Notes: generated by a model from the letters alone, not told the origin. 64,000 bases of DNA from an uncultured delta proteobacterium (GCA_963845145.1 CAWJQU010000002.1:192001-256000), one strand, 5' to 3'; counted from the first letter of the stretch, positions 45,027 to 55,600 are shown. Made by a program: numbers and translations.

Positions 45027-45898
45027 GGCGTCGGCTCCGCTTCCGGCGTCAGGTTAGCCATCAGTTGGTCAATGACCGCAACGGCCCTGGATTGGGCATC
45101 GCGGGTCAAGTGGGTGTAGATGGCCGTCGTCTTAGGGGAGCGATGGCCCAGATAACTCTGAATAACCCGCAAATTGACGCCTTCTTCCAGCAGGTGAGTG
45201 GCGTAAGAATGACGCAGCGTATGAACGGTCGCTTTTTTCTGGATACCGCTCTTGACCAAAGCCGCTTTGAAGGCACGCTGCACGCCGCTGGCATGTATGG
45301 GCTGTGTCGCCTGCGGGCAGCGCCGGGAGGGGAACAGCCAGCGGGGGTGACAGTGACTTTGCCATTGTTGGCGCAACAGAGTCAACGTGGCAGCCGGGAG
45401 GGGAACACAGCGGTCTTTGGCCCCTTTGCCTTGCCGGACATGAACCAGCAAACGGTCGCCGTCAATATCGGCCACTGGCAGCCGCACGCCTTCGCCCAAG
45501 CGCAAGCCACAGCTGTAAATGGTCGTCAGGCAAACCCGATAGTGGAACCGGCGTAGGCCACTCAACACCTGCCGTACCTCTTCCCGGCTCAGGACAACGG
45601 GCAGCTTTTGGCTTTTGGGCGGTCGTACCAGGTCGAAAGTCACCGATTCTCGCTGCAATGTACGCTCGTAGAAGAACTTGAGGCCGCAAATGGCGATGGT
45701 GCAGGCGCTGCGCGACGCCTTTTTCTCATTCTTGAGGTAGAGAAAATAGCAGCGCAGTTCCTCTTCGTCTATCTGGTCGGGGGGCTTGCTGTAATAAATG
45801 GCCAGTTGTCGCACAGCGCGCAGATAGGCATCTTGCGTTTTCTTGGCCAGGCCGCGCAGTTGCATGTCGGCCAACATGCGCTCTCTTAAGATGGTCAT
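45020..45898 (-). CDS. Tyrosine recombinase/integrase (IS91-associated type)
   Basis: 'LRERM..DMQLRGLA..T...Y', 'YSCGLR', 'GKG.KDR.V', 'HTLRHSYATHLLE.G', 'LGH....TT.IYT'; GGAGG RBS before 45898. Confidence 0.93.
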   Translation of the reverse strand: MTILRERMLADMQLRGLAKKTQDAYLRAVRQLAIYYSKPPDQIDEEELRCYFLYLKNEKKASRSACTIAICGLKFFYERTLQRESVTFDLVRPPKSQKLPVVLSREEVRQVLSGLRRFHYRVCLTTIYSCGLRLGEGVRLPVADIDGDRLLVHVRQGKGAKDRCVPLPAATLTLLRQQWQSHCHPRWLFPSRRCPQATQPIHASGVQRAFKAALVKSGIQKKATVHTLRHSYATHLLEEGVNLRVIQSYLGHRSPKTTAIYTHLTRDAQSRAVAVIDQLMANLTPEAEPTPW

Positions 45899-46005
45899 GG
45901 TTATACCTCCTACAAACAAATGAAGCGGATAAAGTTTGTAGACAATATAACCTGAAGGAGGGAGAGACGTCAGTCGAGAGGGTTTCTGCGCGAAGCGCTT
46001 AAGTT

Positions 46006-46218
46006 GCTTAAGCTGCGCGCTCGTTTTCTTTGGCGCGTCAGCTTTAAGCGGTTGTTAGGGCGGCGTTTTGGTTTATAGAACGGCCTTAAATTACCAAGAT
46101 TTTTCATGTTCGGCACAACGCAACTTTACATAAGCCGCCCTAACGAATAAGCGTTTCATGCGGCGCGTCAAACACAACCTTCAAAAACCAGCCCATCAGC
46201 CGCCGCATAAACGTTGTT
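46006..46218. other. Two attC-like recombination hairpins flanking an ORF-less mini-cassette
   Basis: Hairpin gcttaagctgcgcgc / gcgcgtcagctttaagc followed by GTTAGGGCGGC (46054). Its perfect complement GCCGCCCTAAC (46134) opens a second hairpin cgtttcatgcggcg / cgccgcataaacg ending in GTT (46216). Confidence 0.6.
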
Positions 46219-46474
46219 GAACTAAGCCGGGGAACGCGGGATTGTTCCTTTGAGGATTAAGACATTCTCCAAACTGGCTTAACCCCGAACCGCGACCCAA
46301 TTCCAGGTACAGTATAGCCAGAAGCGCCAAAAACATGTCAATAGAAAAATCATCATCTGCAACCAAATGAATGAAACAAGGTCAAAGTAGACGTCAGTCA
46401 CAATACGAGCTACGGGGTAGCCAGACAACCCAAAACACCGACCAAACGGCCGTACCCACAAAAAAAGAAGCGCC

Positions 46475-47050
46475 TCAAACGACAGGCGGCCAACGACTGC
46501 GCGGCCGGATACGCTCACGACGAACCATCGGTAAACCGCAATCAGGACAGCGCACAACATGACGGGTACGTTGATGAAGTGCTTTCTTCGACCGTATCCG
46601 ACTGCCGCTGGCGAATGACGGCAATTGCCGACGAATGGACTGCAAACGACCGCGCAGACCCCGGCGCAAAAAAGCCATAAGTAGCGCACCTTGACAAAGC
46701 CCTTGGGCAAGACATGCTGCAAGAAACGGCGGATAAACTCCAATGGCTGTCACTGTACAAGAGCGCGGTTTGCCAGTCTCAGAAGCAAAGTAACGAAAAG
46801 AAACCTTGCCATTGCGCCAGCTTGAGGATGCGCCGGTTAGAAATAGCTACACGGAAGATGTAGGGAGCCAGATACTGCAAAGCGGCTTGGCCATCGCCGA
46901 CCGGTTTACAATGAACGACCCAGGATTGCCGCCAAACCGCTGCTGGAATCTGGTCAAAGAACGGCGTTTGTTGGAGCGCATCGCGGAACTTGGCGCGAAA
47001 CAAAACAGACAAAGCGCGCACAGGAAGCAGGAAGTTGTGACGAGACGCCA
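46475..47050 (-). pseudogene. IS91-family transposase, C-terminal part (fragmented)
   Basis: 'FLLPVRALS..FR.KF', 'W.V.C', 'YLA.Y..R.AISN.RI', 'EFIRRFLQHVLPKGFVKVRY', terminal 'CPDC'. Confidence 0.85.
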
Positions 47051-48659
47051 ACGCCGACAGATCACACAGGCATTGATCCCGCCGACACCCATGTTAATTT
47101 TACCGGCCACGTCCCCTTTCGGCGTTTCCGGTTTATTACCGACCAGACACCCGTGGTAGGGGCGAATCTGGGGATGAATTTCGGTCTCGTCCATATTGAT
47201 CGGCAATAATTTCCCCTTGGCAAACCCCAAATGCTGGGCGGTCAGTTCCCAGCCGCCACACACCGACATGCCGTGCCCGAAGGACCCTTTTCGCGCCGTA
47301 AACCGGGTGGAATCGGGAAACACATCCAGTGCATTGGTAAGTTCCATCCAATCTCCGGGCGTGGCGGTGGCGTGCATATCCCAGGTGGCCACCTCTTCCG
47401 GTTGGACATGGGCCTCAGCCAAGGCTTGATGAATAGCTGTTGTGGGTCCTTCCTGGGAAGGGGTAATGATATGATCGGCATCAGAGGTCAACGCCACACT
47501 CAGAATTTCAAGGCCGAGAGGCGTAAAACCTTGGGCCATCAAATAATCCGCATCCCCAACGATCCAGACACACGACCCACCGGCCACATGGGTACCCCGC
47601 AATCCTGTAAACGGTTTGGATACGCGACCGTCGTGGGATAATACTCTTGCGCCGTAGAACGTCCCAACGCTCAAGGGGTGGGGTTTGGGATCGGTAGCGC
47701 CGATGACCACCGCTTTAGCCTGGTCGAGGTTAATCGCGTTCATGGCCAGTTTAAGGGCTGTTCCAAAACCGGAGCAAGCCGCCACTGGTGCCAAGGCAGG
47801 CCCCGTGATCCGGCCGATAATTGAAATTTGAGATGCGGGAATGTTGGCGATGTTCCACAGCAGTTTAGGATCCACGGCATTCCAGGGTTCTACGGGGCAG
47901 TCGAATCTTGTATTGAGTTTTCGTTTGGCCGCCATTTTACGACGAATAACATTTCGCTTACCATTTTCTATATCACCGGAGAGGCTTTCCGCCTCGATTT
48001 TTTGGAGTTGTTCAAGGTATTGCTGCAAACCATTAGATCGCGTTACCCAAAATTCAAACCATGCCTCATTGGCTATTTCTCGCGTCTCTTCATCCGGTGC
48101 CCCATCTTTCGGGATCTCACTATCTGAGCTATTGCTTTGAGGATCCGGTGGGGCTTGGCATGCCGAGATAATCGCTTTTTTTTCATCCAGCGGCGCTTTT
48201 CGATAGGCTGCCAATTCACTGTGATACTTATCCTGGCACCAGAACCGATTCCAACGTTTTTGAGCCAAGTGATAGCGCCGCATGACATCATATTGCGTGG
48301 TAAGATCGCCCAATCCGGTGGCCACATAAACATGGGCCTGGGTTCCCAGCTTCTGTAGTTCGTCGCCAATCCCAGGGTTCTGTCCCAAAGCCTGAATGAA
48401 GGCACCGATAGCGAATTTGGCGTTATCACCCATTTTTTCATCGATTTGCGAAAATTTTCGCGGCTCGAAATGGGTATCGATCCAGGGTTTATATGCATCA
48501 AAGTCAAATTCGGGCGTGCCCACGAGAAAATGGCTGGGACCAAAACCGTCAAATGGTCCCAACCAGCTTTTGGCCTTGTTCCAGATTTTTCTCAAAATGT
48601 TTAATATCAGGGGACTTGGGTGCCACGACCCCCCATCCGAAGATACCGATTCGTTTCAT
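47045..48659 (-). CDS. Beta-ketoacyl synthase (FabF/KAS-like) with a large insertion; 3' end abuts the IS fragment
   Basis: Start at 48659 'MKRIGIFGWGVVAPKSP' (frameshift near 48575), active site 'VAACSG', 'DMHATAT..D', 'K..FGH' and 'MGVGG.NA'. The stop codon is replaced by IS91 sequence. Confidence 0.8.
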
Positions 48660-48858
48660 TATGTAAGGCTTTCTATGGTCATTACGATCGACAATGGGTT
48701 TAATTCCCGGGGTTCAAAAGCACAAAGCAATATCGACCGGTGATACCGTTGTCAACCGCCGTTTTAAGGTTATGTTGGTTGTGGTCGCCGTCTTATGGCA
48801 ACCCACTCTTTATTTTGTATTAGTGAAAAACACAAACAACCGTTTAATTCATTCAGAT

Positions 48859-49000
48859 GAGCCATTTTAAAAACGTTTCAGTTTGGTCAAGGTCAAGGTT
48901 GGCGAAAATTTTAACCACAGGAATACATTGGGTATTTCGAGGATTAAAATTTGAGCCAGACGCAGAGATTGGGCAAACTGGACCGTTTTAAAATTGGATC
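48859..49000. repeat. MITE/REP-like palindromic element
   Basis: Imperfect terminal inverted repeats gagccattttaaaaacg...cagtttg / caaactg...cgttttaaaattggatc with internal hairpins. Confidence 0.65.
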
Positions 49001-49090
49001 AAATGTCTTCCTCAGAGCCAACCCTGGCCGTCAAAAATCAGATCATCAAAAAACAGTTGACACTCAATGAAAAAAGTCAAATCTTATCTC

Positions 49091-49243
49091 TGATGGCGTC
49101 GTAAAAAGTCTCATCTACGGCGTTGTTGTCGTTTTCCAGACTCTCAACATACTACATGTATAGTTTCGATCCTGTAAAACCACAACGCCTTGTATATGAG
49201 CCTTTTAACTTAGCCATCCGTGCTACTTTTTACGAGTGCATCA
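49091..49243. repeat. Second MITE-like element
   Basis: TIRs tgatggcgtcgtaaaaagt / actttttacgagtgcatca, with an internal ggcgttgt...acaacgcc inverted repeat. Confidence 0.65.
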
Positions 49244-49304
49244 TTTCTAACTTATTTTATACTTCGGATTCAATGCCACAAACGATCGCTTTGGAGAAAA
49301 GAAA

Positions 49305-50309
49305 ATGGCCCAAACCCAATGGCACCCAGGACGCCTGCTGGAAACCTCCGGTTCTTATTGGCGGTCCTGTACCCTGCATGCCGGCGTAAAACTCGATATT
49401 TTTACCTGTGTCGGCGATGAGAATAAATCGGCCGCGATAGTGGCCAAAGAGTTGAATACCAATGCCGACGCAACCGCCCGTCTCCTCGACGCTTTGAGTG
49501 CCATGGGGCTTTTGTCCAAACAGGCTGAAAAATACGGCAATACCCGGATCGGCCGGACCTTTCTGTCCAAAGATTCCGACCAGTATCTTGGCCACATGAT
49601 TCTGCACCACCACCACCTGGTGGAATCATGGAGCCGCCTGGATGAAGCGGTTACCAGTGGAAAACCGATTTCGGATCAAAAGCCGATCGACGAAGAGACG
49701 CGGCGGGAACACTTTCTCATGGGCATGTTTAACAACGCTTCACAAATGGCACCCGGCCTGGTAAAGGCATTTGAGTTGTCAAACCGGGCCCATCTTCTCG
49801 ATCTCGGCGGCGGACCGGGAACCTATGCCATTCACTTTTGCCTGGCGAACCCGGATCTCAAGGCCACGGTATTCGATTTACCCACTACCCGGCCTTTCGC
49901 CGAAAAGACCATCGCCCGGTTTGGTCTCGCGGACCGAATCGATTTTACGGATGGAAATTACATCGAAGAGGACATCCCCGGTCACTACGATGTGGTCTGG
50001 ATGTCGCACATCATTCATTCCGAAGGGGCTGAAACAGCAGAAAAAATCATTAAAAAAGCGGCGGACATCCTCGAACCTGGGGGAATGATCATGATCCACG
50101 ATTTTTTCCTGAACGACCCCAGCGACCCCATAGACGGCCCCCTGTTTCCGGCCTTATTTTCTTTGAACATGCTCGTGCGTACCAAGGCCGGCCGGTCGTA
50201 TTCGCAAAACGAAATCACGACCATGCTGCGCAAAGCAGGGTTTGGGCGAATTCAAAGACATGATTATACAGGGCCGACGGAATCCGGCGTGATAACGGCC
50301 ATACGTTGA
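49305..50309 (+). CDS. SAM-dependent O-methyltransferase (dimerisation + Methyltransf_2 domains)
   Basis: N-terminal wHTH 'A.KLDIF...RLLDAL.AMGLL', SAM motif 'LLDLGGGPG', 'FDLP'. Confidence 0.9.
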   Translation: MAQTQWHPGRLLETSGSYWRSCTLHAGVKLDIFTCVGDENKSAAIVAKELNTNADATARLLDALSAMGLLSKQAEKYGNTRIGRTFLSKDSDQYLGHMILHHHHLVESWSRLDEAVTSGKPISDQKPIDEETRREHFLMGMFNNASQMAPGLVKAFELSNRAHLLDLGGGPGTYAIHFCLANPDLKATVFDLPTTRPFAEKTIARFGLADRIDFTDGNYIEEDIPGHYDVVWMSHIIHSEGAETAEKIIKKAADILEPGGMIMIHDFFLNDPSDPIDGPLFPALFSLNMLVRTKAGRSYSQNEITTMLRKAGFGRIQRHDYTGPTESGVITAIR

Positions 50310-50360
50310 AATCCCCATAATCACTACCAGCGACACGCACACCTCCGACCCGAGCGACGA

Positions 50361-51134
50361 TCAATTTTTGAGGCCTGAATGGCGCACCAACTCCGCCACA
50401 AAGCTTCCCACGATAACTTTACTGGTGAGTTTGACCGGCAGGCGTCGATGATCGGCGGTCACCCAGAGCCGGACCTTGGCGTCTTTGGTTTTTCTAAACA
50501 CCCCACCCACATGCTTTAATTCCGGTACAACGACCCAGGTATCGTAGGTCTCGCCATCGATGCGAATTTTTTCCCGATCAACAACCTGCCCACGGCCGGA
50601 AACACATTTTTTCCCATCGCACACGGGATAAATAATGACGCTCTCCTTTTGGAGGGTCAGGGTTCGAAAATAAAATGCCGCCGACAACGGATCGAATGCC
50701 CCAGGCATCAATTTGGCCGATCGGGATTTTCCCTTTAGGAAATCATAATAACGGACACGATTCGCACCCCAGTCAAAAGTCACGACCACATTGCGACGAT
50801 GCCGCCCCTCGTTTTGCCGTTTTTTGTATAGCAGCGAATGGGTTACGAAAAGATCCGTCCAACCGTCGATTTGGCTGCGCACCTTGTAAATTGAATCGAC
50901 AAATTTGTTGCTTTTAACCTTGAGGGTAAAGTGTTGGGCCGGCTTTCCATCGAGAATTTCCGTTTTCAACACTTTTAATACGGCAGTTGCCCCCGGAATA
51001 AAACTCCATTTGATTCGGTAAACCAGCTCTTCTCCGGGTTGAAAAGGCAAATCCTGGGATAACGCAGGCACCCCTGTAAAGCCAAGGCATAGGCCAAGTG
51101 CTGCAATTAGAAACCATTTGGAAAAACGGATCAT
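50361..51134 (-). CDS. DUF3108-family secreted protein
   Basis: Signal peptide, 'PF.PGE.L.Y.I.W', 'DPLSA', 'W.T.D.RRLPVK'. Confidence 0.75.
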   Translation of the reverse strand: MIRFSKWFLIAALGLCLGFTGVPALSQDLPFQPGEELVYRIKWSFIPGATAVLKVLKTEILDGKPAQHFTLKVKSNKFVDSIYKVRSQIDGWTDLFVTHSLLYKKRQNEGRHRRNVVVTFDWGANRVRYYDFLKGKSRSAKLMPGAFDPLSAAFYFRTLTLQKESVIIYPVCDGKKCVSGRGQVVDREKIRIDGETYDTWVVVPELKHVGGVFRKTKDAKVRLWVTADHRRLPVKLTSKVIVGSFVAELVRHSGLKN

Positions 51135-51262
51135 TTAGAGACCAAAGGTAGGCGCAAAATCCGGAAAAAAACCATAAAACCGTCGGCCTGATATTGGGAA
51201 GCAGGCGGTTGAGTCGCCGACAATGGCGTGGTTCCGCTAATTGAACCGGTTCATTCGAGCCA

Positions 51263-51799
51263 TTACATTGAGCTGCCGTATATGGTTTTAAGATGAACCG
51301 AATCGAACACATCGTCGCAAACCAGCCAGCGTCCATCCTCTTTGACCATCGACAAGGTTTTCTCCACCGGATAGGTATCGCCGAGGAAAAACAGACGGGC
51401 AATAAAAGTAAAAACCGGATGAATACATCGCTTGCGGGTACCGGTAACATGTATAACCGCCGAATCCTCGGTTTGGCTCACTGTCTTCACATGCAGCGAC
51501 ATCATCTGGCTACGCATATAATTGAGATTATGGCCTAAAACCTGGGCTTCATTAGTGACATGATCTAAAAATTGGGCAACCGGATCCGAGGTGCCATCTT
51601 CTTTGAGGTCATTGCACACCATACTACCCATGGATGCATCAAGACCATAATAGGCTTTGATAAATTTTTCGGCTGTTCGAGGGGCGGTTGATTGGCAATC
51701 CGCCAACATGAAAACAGACTGAATACCGACAAACAGAACGATCAGCGCCACCCAAGGCAGGAATTTACTTCCCGATCCCATGTTTTCCTCCCCATCCAA
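51263..51799 (-). CDS. Hypothetical membrane-anchored protein (possibly NTF2-like)
   Basis: N-terminal TM helix, 'TAEKF.KAYY' and 'VKEDGRW.VC'. Confidence 0.55.
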   Translation of the reverse strand: MDGEENMGSGSKFLPWVALIVLFVGIQSVFMLADCQSTAPRTAEKFIKAYYGLDASMGSMVCNDLKEDGTSDPVAQFLDHVTNEAQVLGHNLNYMRSQMMSLHVKTVSQTEDSAVIHVTGTRKRCIHPVFTFIARLFFLGDTYPVEKTLSMVKEDGRWLVCDDVFDSVHLKTIYGSSM

Positions 51800-52172
51800 T
51801 ATCTTAATTAAAAAATCTTAATCGAAATCTTCAAATGTTTCTATTTCTGCAAAATATGACAGCGACCTAATATCACTGAAACGGTTCCAGTGCAAGCCTC
51901 CCGTTCAGCTGCTTGTTCGAAGAAGGTTGCGTTTTTAGGCCGGGCTCAGTATAAGTTTACCGGTTACGGATACGCTTTTGCCAGGAAAAAACCAAATACA
52001 ATATTTTTTTAACCATTTGTATTTATTTTATTTTTTTTAATTATAACATAATCACGGGGAACTTCCATCGGAACAAAGATGCCTTTTTTGGAAAGCCTTA
52101 AACGGCCCCCATACCGACAAACCATCTGACCTCCTAAAATGGCTTGTGTGCGAATAAAACAAGGGAGGATAC

Positions 52173-53438
52173 ATGCTTGACAGGCAAGAATGGGATTGGG
52201 ATACCGCCGAAAAAAAAATCCCTTTAGTCGATTGGAAAAAATCCTACAACTGGGTGGAAGAGCCCCAGGCCAGCCCTGACGGAGAAAAAATTGCCGCCAT
52301 TGTAAATATTGATGAGGGGCAATTTTCCGTATGTGTCAACGATGAAACCTGGGAACCGATCTATGATAAAATCTGGTATCTTCGTTTTTCCCCTGACGGC
52401 AGGGCCACGGCCCTGGTAGCGGAAACGGGGGAATGGACCGTTGCCATAGATGGGCTCCCCTGGAAAGACCGGTATGCTTATGTTTGGGATACACAGTTCA
52501 GCATTGACGGAAAACAGATAGCTGTCGCCGTTCAACAGGACATGCGATACGGCATGGCGACCAACGGCGTTTTTTGGGACACTGCATATACTAATATGAC
52601 GGAGCCGGCCTTAAGTGCCGACGGAAGCCAAACCGCCGCCACAGTTCAAGTCAAAGACCTTGGCGCCGCAGATATAGAGACCTTTCAGGATGGGGCTTTT
52701 AGTGTCGCCGTGAATGGCACCCCCTGGGAAACCCGGTTTGTTAACGTATGGAAGCCGAGCTTTTCTCCCGATGGCAGTAGTGTTGCCGCTCAGATTCGAA
52801 CAACGCTTTACGACTACACCATCGCCGTGAATGGCACGCCGTGGAACACATCGTTCGCCATGGTCTGGGAGCCTGTCTTTCATCCCACAGAAAAATCCGT
52901 GGTGGCACCCGTTCGGGTCTCCGGAAAATGGACCTTGGCTCAAGATGGCGAAATCATCTGGGACAGACGCTATATTCAAGCCTGGCACCAGGCCTTCAGC
53001 AACGACGGACAAAAGCTGATCGCCATCGTCTCCTCTAAATTCGGACGCTGGACCCTAGCCGTGAATGATCGGCCCTGGTCCAGCTCTCTGGGCGATATGG
53101 TAACCGATTGGCGTATCAGTCCAGAGGGTCAAACCCTTGCCGCGGTTTACAAACAGGACAACCAATGGTCCCTGGCCGTGAACGACCGAAAATGGAAGCA
53201 CCGCTTCGACATGGTCTATGCGCCGGTCATCAGCAATGACGGAAAATGGGTGGCCGCCAAAGTGGAGAAGAACGGGAATTATACCCTGGTTGTTGCCGAC
53301 AAGATCTGGGACAGAGCCTGTCAGGCAGTTTGGGACCCTGTATTCAGTCCGGATGGAAGAAAAATATTGATTCGATCCATTGAAAACGACACATATATTC
53401 GGCGGGTTGTGCCGGTTACTGAAATAGCAGGGAGATAA
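52173..53438 (+). CDS. tmcD: Tmc complex Trp-rich beta-propeller subunit
   Basis: Trp-rich repeats 'W.P.FSPDG...AA'; first gene of a tmcDCBA arrangement. Confidence 0.85.
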   Translation: MLDRQEWDWDTAEKKIPLVDWKKSYNWVEEPQASPDGEKIAAIVNIDEGQFSVCVNDETWEPIYDKIWYLRFSPDGRATALVAETGEWTVAIDGLPWKDRYAYVWDTQFSIDGKQIAVAVQQDMRYGMATNGVFWDTAYTNMTEPALSADGSQTAATVQVKDLGAADIETFQDGAFSVAVNGTPWETRFVNVWKPSFSPDGSSVAAQIRTTLYDYTIAVNGTPWNTSFAMVWEPVFHPTEKSVVAPVRVSGKWTLAQDGEIIWDRRYIQAWHQAFSNDGQKLIAIVSSKFGRWTLAVNDRPWSSSLGDMVTDWRISPEGQTLAAVYKQDNQWSLAVNDRKWKHRFDMVYAPVISNDGKWVAAKVEKNGNYTLVVADKIWDRACQAVWDPVFSPDGRKILIRSIENDTYIRRVVPVTEIAGR

Positions 53439-53448
53439 GAGGTATAAA

Positions 53449-54108
53449 ATGCACGATCTATACAACTTCGTGAGCGGCCCTCTGGTCTGGGCGGCATTTT
53501 CCATCTTTTTTCTTGGATGCCTGTTTCGGTTGATTCGTTTATTGACGCAAGTGGTTCGCAATGAAAGGTTCATTCTTTCCTACATGAGCCTTAAATATAG
53601 CCTCCGCTCCATTTTACACTGGAGTATCCCCTTTGCCACTGAGAATATGCGCCGGCATCCCGTTATGACATTGGTGACCTTTGCTTTTCATTTTTGTCTC
53701 ATGGTTACCCCTTTGTTTTTGCTTGCCCACGTCGTGCTCTGGCATGAGTCTTGGCACTTTGGCTGGGGCTATCTGCCGGAATGGCTCACTGATCTGATGA
53801 CGCTGGTGGTCATCTTCGGATGCGTCTTTTTTTTCCTGCGACGATTGATCCTTCCCGAAGTCCAATTTGTGACCAGTGCGTCGGATTATATCATAATAGG
53901 AATTGTAGCAGCACCATTTATAACCGGTTTTCTGGCCTATCACCAGTGGTTTAACTACCCCTTGTTTATGGTTCTACATATCCTAAGCGGTGAGATCATG
54001 CTGATAGCAATCCCTTTTACCCGTCTGGTCCACATGATCCTCGCACCGGTTACGCGGGCTTACATGGGGTCTGAATTTGGTGGTGTGCGGCATGCAAAAG
54101 ACTGGTAA
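53449..54108 (+). CDS. tmcC: Tmc complex membrane cytochrome b subunit (NarI-like)
   Basis: Multiple TM helices, heme-ligand His residues (AFHF, LHIL, RLVHM), ending 'SEFGGVR'. Confidence 0.88.
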   Translation: MHDLYNFVSGPLVWAAFSIFFLGCLFRLIRLLTQVVRNERFILSYMSLKYSLRSILHWSIPFATENMRRHPVMTLVTFAFHFCLMVTPLFLLAHVVLWHESWHFGWGYLPEWLTDLMTLVVIFGCVFFFLRRLILPEVQFVTSASDYIIIGIVAAPFITGFLAYHQWFNYPLFMVLHILSGEIMLIAIPFTRLVHMILAPVTRAYMGSEFGGVRHAKDW

Positions 54109-54175
54109 GGGTTCCGTAAAAATAAATTGACATTATTAGGCGTTGAGGCGCCCGATTGGCAAGGAGAACGACTAA

Positions 54176-55510
54176 ATGGCTGAATCAGCCACAGAAGGAT
54201 TAAACCAAAGCGTGGACGAAGGGATCCAAAGAGGCGTAGCGCAACTGACATCCGAAAAAATCGCCACGGTTGTGAATCGGGTCTTAACCAGAGAAACCGG
54301 GGCTCGCTTGAAAGCCTATGTTGATACTTGCGTCCACTGCGGGCTCTGCTCGGAGGCCTGCCACTACTACCTCTCCCATGACAACGACCCCCACTACTCG
54401 CCGGTGGGCAAAGTCAAGCAGACCCTATGGAAGCTTCTCAAGAAAAAGGGGCGTGTGTCTCCGGAGTCCATGGCGGACATGGTACGGATTGCCCAGACAG
54501 AGTGCAACCTCTGTAAGCGGTGCGCCATGTATTGCCCTTTCGGTATTGATATCGCTTACTTGATGACGGTCGTTCGCCGAATCTGTCACTTGCTGGGCAT
54601 TACCCCCCAATACATTCAGGATACGGCCCACAGCCATTCTGCCACGCTAAACCAGATGTGGGTAAAAGACGATGAATGGATCGATACGCTTCAATGGCAG
54701 GAGGAGGAGGCCCAGGCGGAAATCTCCACATTGCGGATCCCTTTGGAAAAAGAGGGGGCCGACATCATGTATTCTGTCATCGGGCCGGAACCCAAATTTC
54801 AGGCTCAATTGATTTACCAAGCCGCCGTCATCATGGATACAGCGGGTGTCAATTGGACCATGCCCGCCACGCCGGGATGGGACAACAGCGATATGGCCAT
54901 GTACACCGGCGACAATGAAATCATGGGGCGGCTCAAACGCGCCCACTTCGAAACAGCCGCCCGGCTAAGGGTCAAAAAAATCGTGATGGGTGAATGCGGC
55001 CACGCCTTTCGCTCCGTTTACGATGTGGGAAACCGTTGGCTCGGATGGAAAATGCCGCCCATTCCCATTGTCCATGCCATTGAGTTTTACGATGATTTGA
55101 TAAAGGGAAACCGGATCCAAATTAATAAAAAATATGGGGAAGCGGTCACCCTTCATGACCCCTGCAATGTGTCCCGTGGCGCCGGCCTGCACGACAAGGC
55201 CCGCGATGTCGTCAACGCGTTGTGTGATGAATTGGTTGAAATGCACCCCAACCGGGAACACAACTATTGTTGCTGTGCCGGCGGCGGCGTAATCAATTGT
55301 GGCCCCCCATACAAAAATGTCCGCATGGACGGCAATCGCATCAAGGCGGAACAGCTTTTTGCCGCTAAAAGCCGGGGCGCCACCACCCTGGTGGCCCCTT
55401 GTCACAATTGCCACAGTGGGTTGGAGGATATCAACCATCATTATGGGCTCGGGCTTAAGATCAAATTCATTGGTGACATTATCTATGAAACGATGGAAAA
55501 ACCGGAATAA
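54176..55510 (+). CDS. tmcB: Tmc complex Fe-S subunit (HdrD/DsrK-like)
   Basis: CxxCxxCxxxC (twice), 'GECGH', 'HDPCN', 'CCCAGGG' CCG domain. Confidence 0.9.
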   Translation: MAESATEGLNQSVDEGIQRGVAQLTSEKIATVVNRVLTRETGARLKAYVDTCVHCGLCSEACHYYLSHDNDPHYSPVGKVKQTLWKLLKKKGRVSPESMADMVRIAQTECNLCKRCAMYCPFGIDIAYLMTVVRRICHLLGITPQYIQDTAHSHSATLNQMWVKDDEWIDTLQWQEEEAQAEISTLRIPLEKEGADIMYSVIGPEPKFQAQLIYQAAVIMDTAGVNWTMPATPGWDNSDMAMYTGDNEIMGRLKRAHFETAARLRVKKIVMGECGHAFRSVYDVGNRWLGWKMPPIPIVHAIEFYDDLIKGNRIQINKKYGEAVTLHDPCNVSRGAGLHDKARDVVNALCDELVEMHPNREHNYCCCAGGGVINCGPPYKNVRMDGNRIKAEQLFAAKSRGATTLVAPCHNCHSGLEDINHHYGLGLKIKFIGDIIYETMEKPE

Positions 55511-55600
55511 GATTAACCCTGACATTGCATAAAATAAGATAGCGTGAGTAAAACGGTTTTGCACCAACTTTTATGAAAAGTCAGGATTAAGAGTGGCAGC

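Larger units (their letters stand above)
44587..47050 (-). mobile_element. Tyrosine recombinase + IS91-family (Y2/HUH) transposase element, transposase split and permuted
   Basis: The integrase is followed by the transposase N-terminus, while the transposase C-terminus lies upstream of the integrase. Codon and GC style differ from the AT-rich left flank. Confidence 0.8.

Noticed and set aside
46847..47050. C-terminal extension of the 582-aa ketoacyl synthase ORF
   Set aside because: Out-of-frame read-through into the IS91 transposase fragment.
1..48700. Many frameshifts read as programmed frameshifting, phase variation or mass pseudogenisation
   Set aside because: They affect unrelated genes, often fall in homopolymers and occur at different places in duplicated copies. 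Sequencing or assembly error is the simpler explanation, though read data are needed to be sure.
52144..52162. Possible Rex operator upstream of tmcD
   Set aside because: Only a weak match to the TTGTGAA-N4-TTCACAA palindrome.
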